Shown: one piece after another, positions 60,950 to 64,000 of the stretch
How the letters are laid out: each line of letters begins with the position of its first letter
Position numbering within the stretch: the stretch's first letter is position 1
Made by a program: the position numbers and the translations under genes
The notes under the pieces: model-generated
The model's database searches: none
What the model saw: only the letters and a program-made list of their open reading frames with translations
What the model was told of the DNA's origin: nothing
Assembly (NCBI GenBank): GCA_050951545.1
Contig: JBMNJG010000006.1
Coordinates: 128,001 to 192,000 of the forward strand
Origin: Limnochordia bacterium
Lineage (GTDB): Bacteria > Bacillota > Limnochordia > DTU080
Length of the DNA stretch: 64,000 bases
Direction of reading: 5' to 3'

Positions 60950-62002
60950 CTAATCGAGACGGATCTCTTTTCCTGCAGCTGCAGAATCGTAGATGCCCTC
61001 AAGCATCCGCGTCACGGTCAGTCCGTGTTCACCTGGGGTAAGCACAGGCTTTCCTTCGCGGATAGCATCTGTGAAGTGCTGTAGCTGAGCCTGGAAGATG
61101 GATACCTTGGATCCCTGTCGGGTAGTGTCAACCAGTTCGTTTTCTACTTCAGAGTAGAACCGCAGATTGCCATCCAACGGACACAGAGCTCCTGCTTTCT
61201 CGCCGATGACGTTGATGCGCGTCTCCGGTGGCATGTTGAGTGCCCAGCTCACTTCCAGATTTATGACCGCACCGTTATCAAAACGGATCATGCCTGTCGC
61301 CAGATCCTCTACGTTGTAGGTTCCAGACCAGTCGGGGATGCCCCAGCTGCCCAAACCACGACGTTCGGGACCAAAGGCTGTATACGTGTGTCCGCTTACT
61401 GAAATGGGCTTGGGGTTGCCAATGAGGAACCAGGCCACGTCGAGTGCGTGAACACCGATGTCGATAAGAGGACCGCCGCCCGACTCTTCTTTCCGTGTGA
61501 ACCAGCTGCCCCAACCTGGGATTCCCTTGCGGCGGATCATCATGGCCTTCGCATAGTAGATCTTGCCCAGCTCATCGCGGTCAACCATGCCGCGCAGGGT
61601 CTGCACTTCGCTGCGCATGCGGTTGACCAAGCCTACCGCCAAAATCTTGCCCGAGGCCTTGGCGGCCGCCACCATCTTCTCCCCCGCAGCGACGTTGATC
61701 GCCATGGGCTTTTCGCAAAGAACATGCTTACCTGCCTGCAAAGCATTGACCGTGATCACATGGTGTACATTGTTGGGCACGCCAACGATCACCGCATCAA
61801 GGTCAGCCTCTTCGAGCATGCGCCGATGATCCGTATAGACCTCCGGAATATTGAACTCGGCAGCGCGGCGACGAGCTCTCTCCTCGATGATGTCGCACAC
61901 GGCGACAATCTTGGCCCCCGCACCCTCTCTTGCTGCACTGAGGTGCGATCCTGAAATGCTACCTGCCCCTACCATACCTATTCGAACGAGATCATCCGCC
62001 AA
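60950..62002 (-). CDS. Gfo/Idh/MocA oxidoreductase
   Basis: IGMVGAG.I, GKHVLCEKPMA, SGGGPLIDIGVHALD, VEDLA. Confidence 0.93.
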   Translation of the reverse strand: MADDLVRIGMVGAGSISGSHLSAAREGAGAKIVAVCDIIEERARRRAAEFNIPEVYTDHRRMLEEADLDAVIVGVPNNVHHVITVNALQAGKHVLCEKPMAINVAAGEKMVAAAKASGKILAVGLVNRMRSEVQTLRGMVDRDELGKIYYAKAMMIRRKGIPGWGSWFTRKEESGGGPLIDIGVHALDVAWFLIGNPKPISVSGHTYTAFGPERRGLGSWGIPDWSGTYNVEDLATGMIRFDNGAVINLEVSWALNMPPETRINVIGEKAGALCPLDGNLRFYSEVENELVDTTRQGSKVSIFQAQLQHFTDAIREGKPVLTPGEHGLTVTRMLEGIYDSAAAGKEIRLD

Positions 62003-62309
62003 GCAAAGTCTCCTCCTTCAGGAATGTTGTACGTTGCATCATCGCCATGAGCGCCTCTTATTCCCATAGCTCGCCCATGCGCTGATTTCCTTGAGAGTGC
62101 GATCCCGTTATGCTTCGCCGTGCCGTCTATATTGCCTGCAAAATCATGCGAGAATGGCCCCTTGACGATGCGCCCCCTGTCTGACACATGAGACTACGCC
62201 GTCACAGCTCACTCTTCCTTGTTTTGGGTACACTGTCTGGAGCCGGCAGGTTTTCCAGCGGATCCTAGCCAATAGATCTGACAGACAGCATCCTGAGGTT
62301 CCGATACAG

Positions 62310-64000
62310 ATGGTGATGAAACTGACCAATAAGCAGCAAGCTCTACCGCTTGACCCAACAAGGGCTCCACAGGGAGCACCCCTACAGACGACCGAGACCC
62401 CTGTTACACAGAGGCCTTTATCGCCCGCGGCCTCAGATAGGCGCGTGGCAGATGAACGCAGCACTGGTTCATTCGTCCGTACCCTGCGCAAGCGGGTCCC
62501 CGAGGCCTCCTATCTGGTGGCGGAAAACACCGACCGTTACCGCCCCATCATGCGCCTTTTTTATGACGAGCACATGTCTCATCACTACACCCTCCAGACC
62601 AGCGATGTGTTGGAGCATGTGAGGCTCAATGTGATGAAGGAGTACACGGAATCTCAGTGCGAACAAGACCTGCGTCAGTTGTGTGACTGGGGCAACGTGG
62701 CTGCCGAGCAGGATCGATCGAGGGCTCATACCGTAGAGGAGTTTTTGCGACGCAAGCTGCTGTATAACATCACGCCCTACGGCATTGCCTTCGAGCGCCT
62801 GCTGGTTGAGCTAGAGGATGAACGAGGTACGCAGGGTTCCCTGGACATCGGCTTGCTCGAGGCTCTGCTGGAGAGTATAGAGATCCTAGAGCCGCTGGTT
62901 GATCAGTTGCTGGCAGTGCACGGTTCTGCGCACCCACTCGATGAGGCTCTGGTCCGCAAAGTACAGAGGGCCTGGAGCCAGGCCTATGACATGTTTGACC
63001 GTGTAGGCAAGCAGGCGAGTGACTACCTGAGTGCATTGGATCGCTCGCGCCAAGATGAGACCGGTGACTTGGAGGCCTTCCTGGCCTACAAGGAAGTTCT
63101 GATTCAGTACCTAAACGCATTCGCTACCAGCTTGTACGATTACGGTGACCGCGTGAGAGCATTGCTCAAGCCATGGCCCCAACAAGGCAAGCCTGCACGT
63201 CTTCTGGCAGCGCTTGTGGAGTATGACCTACGTTTTACGCCCCCACCGGATGGGCGAGTGCCAGATGCCCAGGAGTTGCGGGCTCGGCATGAGCGAACCT
63301 GGTGGAATCTTTACCATTGGTTCCAGCCCAAAGGTGGTCTCGACACCATGCGCCGGCGGACTACCGGAGCCATTGAGCGAGTGGTCCGCCAATCGCAACG
63401 GCTTATGGATCGTCGCTCGGGTATCAGCCGCAAGCGCGATTTTGAGCAACTGGCGATTCTTTTTGCCTCCTGCAAAAGCTTGGCTGACAGTCATAAGCTA
63501 GCGGGTCTTGCCCTGGGGTGCGCCACCCCTCGACACATCATGGGTAGCGCAGAGGTCTTTCTAGCCCCGGAGCGGGGCTCAGCCTGGGAGATGACGTCTC
63601 AGGACGTCTTCTTACGGCCTATCCGGCGAGGCGAACGTCGTCTCGGCCGCTCTGCACCCGTTGTGCTGTTTGACACCCGACAAGAGCATGTGTTGCGTGA
63701 AGAAATGGAACGCCGTCAGGCCGAGAGTGCTCTCTGGGACACCTTATTCGTGGAAGGACGACTTGATCTGGGTGCGGCTTATATCCCTGACCCAGCCCTG
63801 CGCGCGAGAGTGTTAGCACTACTGGCTGCATGCCTGGCTTCTCCCCTCGGAGAAACCCTAGCTCCCGATGGATCACGCATAAGCCTACAGGTGCCGCCAT
63901 CTGCGGCTCCAGGCCTCCTATCAAGCAGCGACGGTTCCCTCCATCTTCCCCGGTTTGTGCTTCTGCGCGAAAAGGACGTGCGCCAGGGGTTCGCTGGTCA
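62310..64000 (+). CDS. jetA: TIGR02677/DUF2397 family protein (Wadjet JetA-like), runs off window end; start 62310 or 62445
   Basis: Manual translation of both ends in the same frame: EASYLVAENTDRYRPIMRLFY..CEQDLRQLCDWGNVAAEQDRSRAHTVEEFLRRKLLYNITPYG ... DGSLHLPRFV; absent from the ORF track, consistent with no stop before the edge. Confidence 0.82.
   Translation, partial: MVMKLTNKQQALPLDPTRAPQGAPLQTTETPVTQRPLSPAASDRRVADERSTGSFVRTLRKRVPEASYLVAENTDRYRPIMRLFYDEHMSHHYTLQTSDVLEHVRLNVMKEYTESQCEQDLRQLCDWGNVAAEQDRSRAHTVEEFLRRKLLYNITPYGIAFERLLVELEDERGTQGSLDIGLLEALLESIEILEPLVDQLLAVHGSAHPLDEALVRKVQRAWSQAYDMFDRVGKQASDYLSALDRSRQDETGDLEAFLAYKEVLIQYLNAFATSLYDYGDRVRALLKPWPQQGKPARLLAALVEYDLRFTPPPDGRVPDAQELRARHERTWWNLYHWFQPKGGLDTMRRRTTGAIERVVRQSQRLMDRRSGISRKRDFEQLAILFASCKSLADSHKLAGLALGCATPRHIMGSAEVFLAPERGSAWEMTSQDVFLRPIRRGERRLGRSAPVVLFDTRQEHVLREEMERRQAESALWDTLFVEGRLDLGAAYIPDPALRARVLALLAACLASPLGETLAPDGSRISLQVPPSAAPGLLSSSDGSLHLPRFVLLREKDVRQGFAG

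Noticed and set aside
1-64000. tRNA, rRNA, classical transposase, integrase or prophage genes
   Set aside because: No recognisable motifs found

Overview
GC-rich, mostly chromosomal 64 kb segment from a spore-forming Bacillota that probably has an outer membrane: gerKA/KB/KC, spoVAEa and SpoIID-domain genes sit alongside two TolC-family genes, suggesting a Limnochordia-like lineage (inference). Left to right it holds a catabolic cluster with solo sugar-binding proteins; a ~2.1 kb element with diverged ~100-110 bp inverted repeats, a 94-bp tandem array and a frameshifted HTH + Vsr/DUF559-like nuclease gene; a sulfate ABC operon; a gerK operon; a large type I-E-like CRISPR array (86 repeats plus 1 degenerate) with no intact cas gene in the window; polyamine, cell-wall, fermentation, feoAB, tolC and glyQS genes; and a Wadjet jetA-like gene running off the right edge (absent from the ORF track). 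Main leads: (1) the IR-bounded HTH-nuclease element and a decayed paralog of its nuclease beside the CRISPR leader, where cas genes would be expected; (2) five copies of a modular repeat that runs into the Shine-Dalgarno of five unrelated genes; (3) irregular lengths of the five newest CRISPR spacers. All family calls come from motif recognition by eye, not database searches, and counts are manual.
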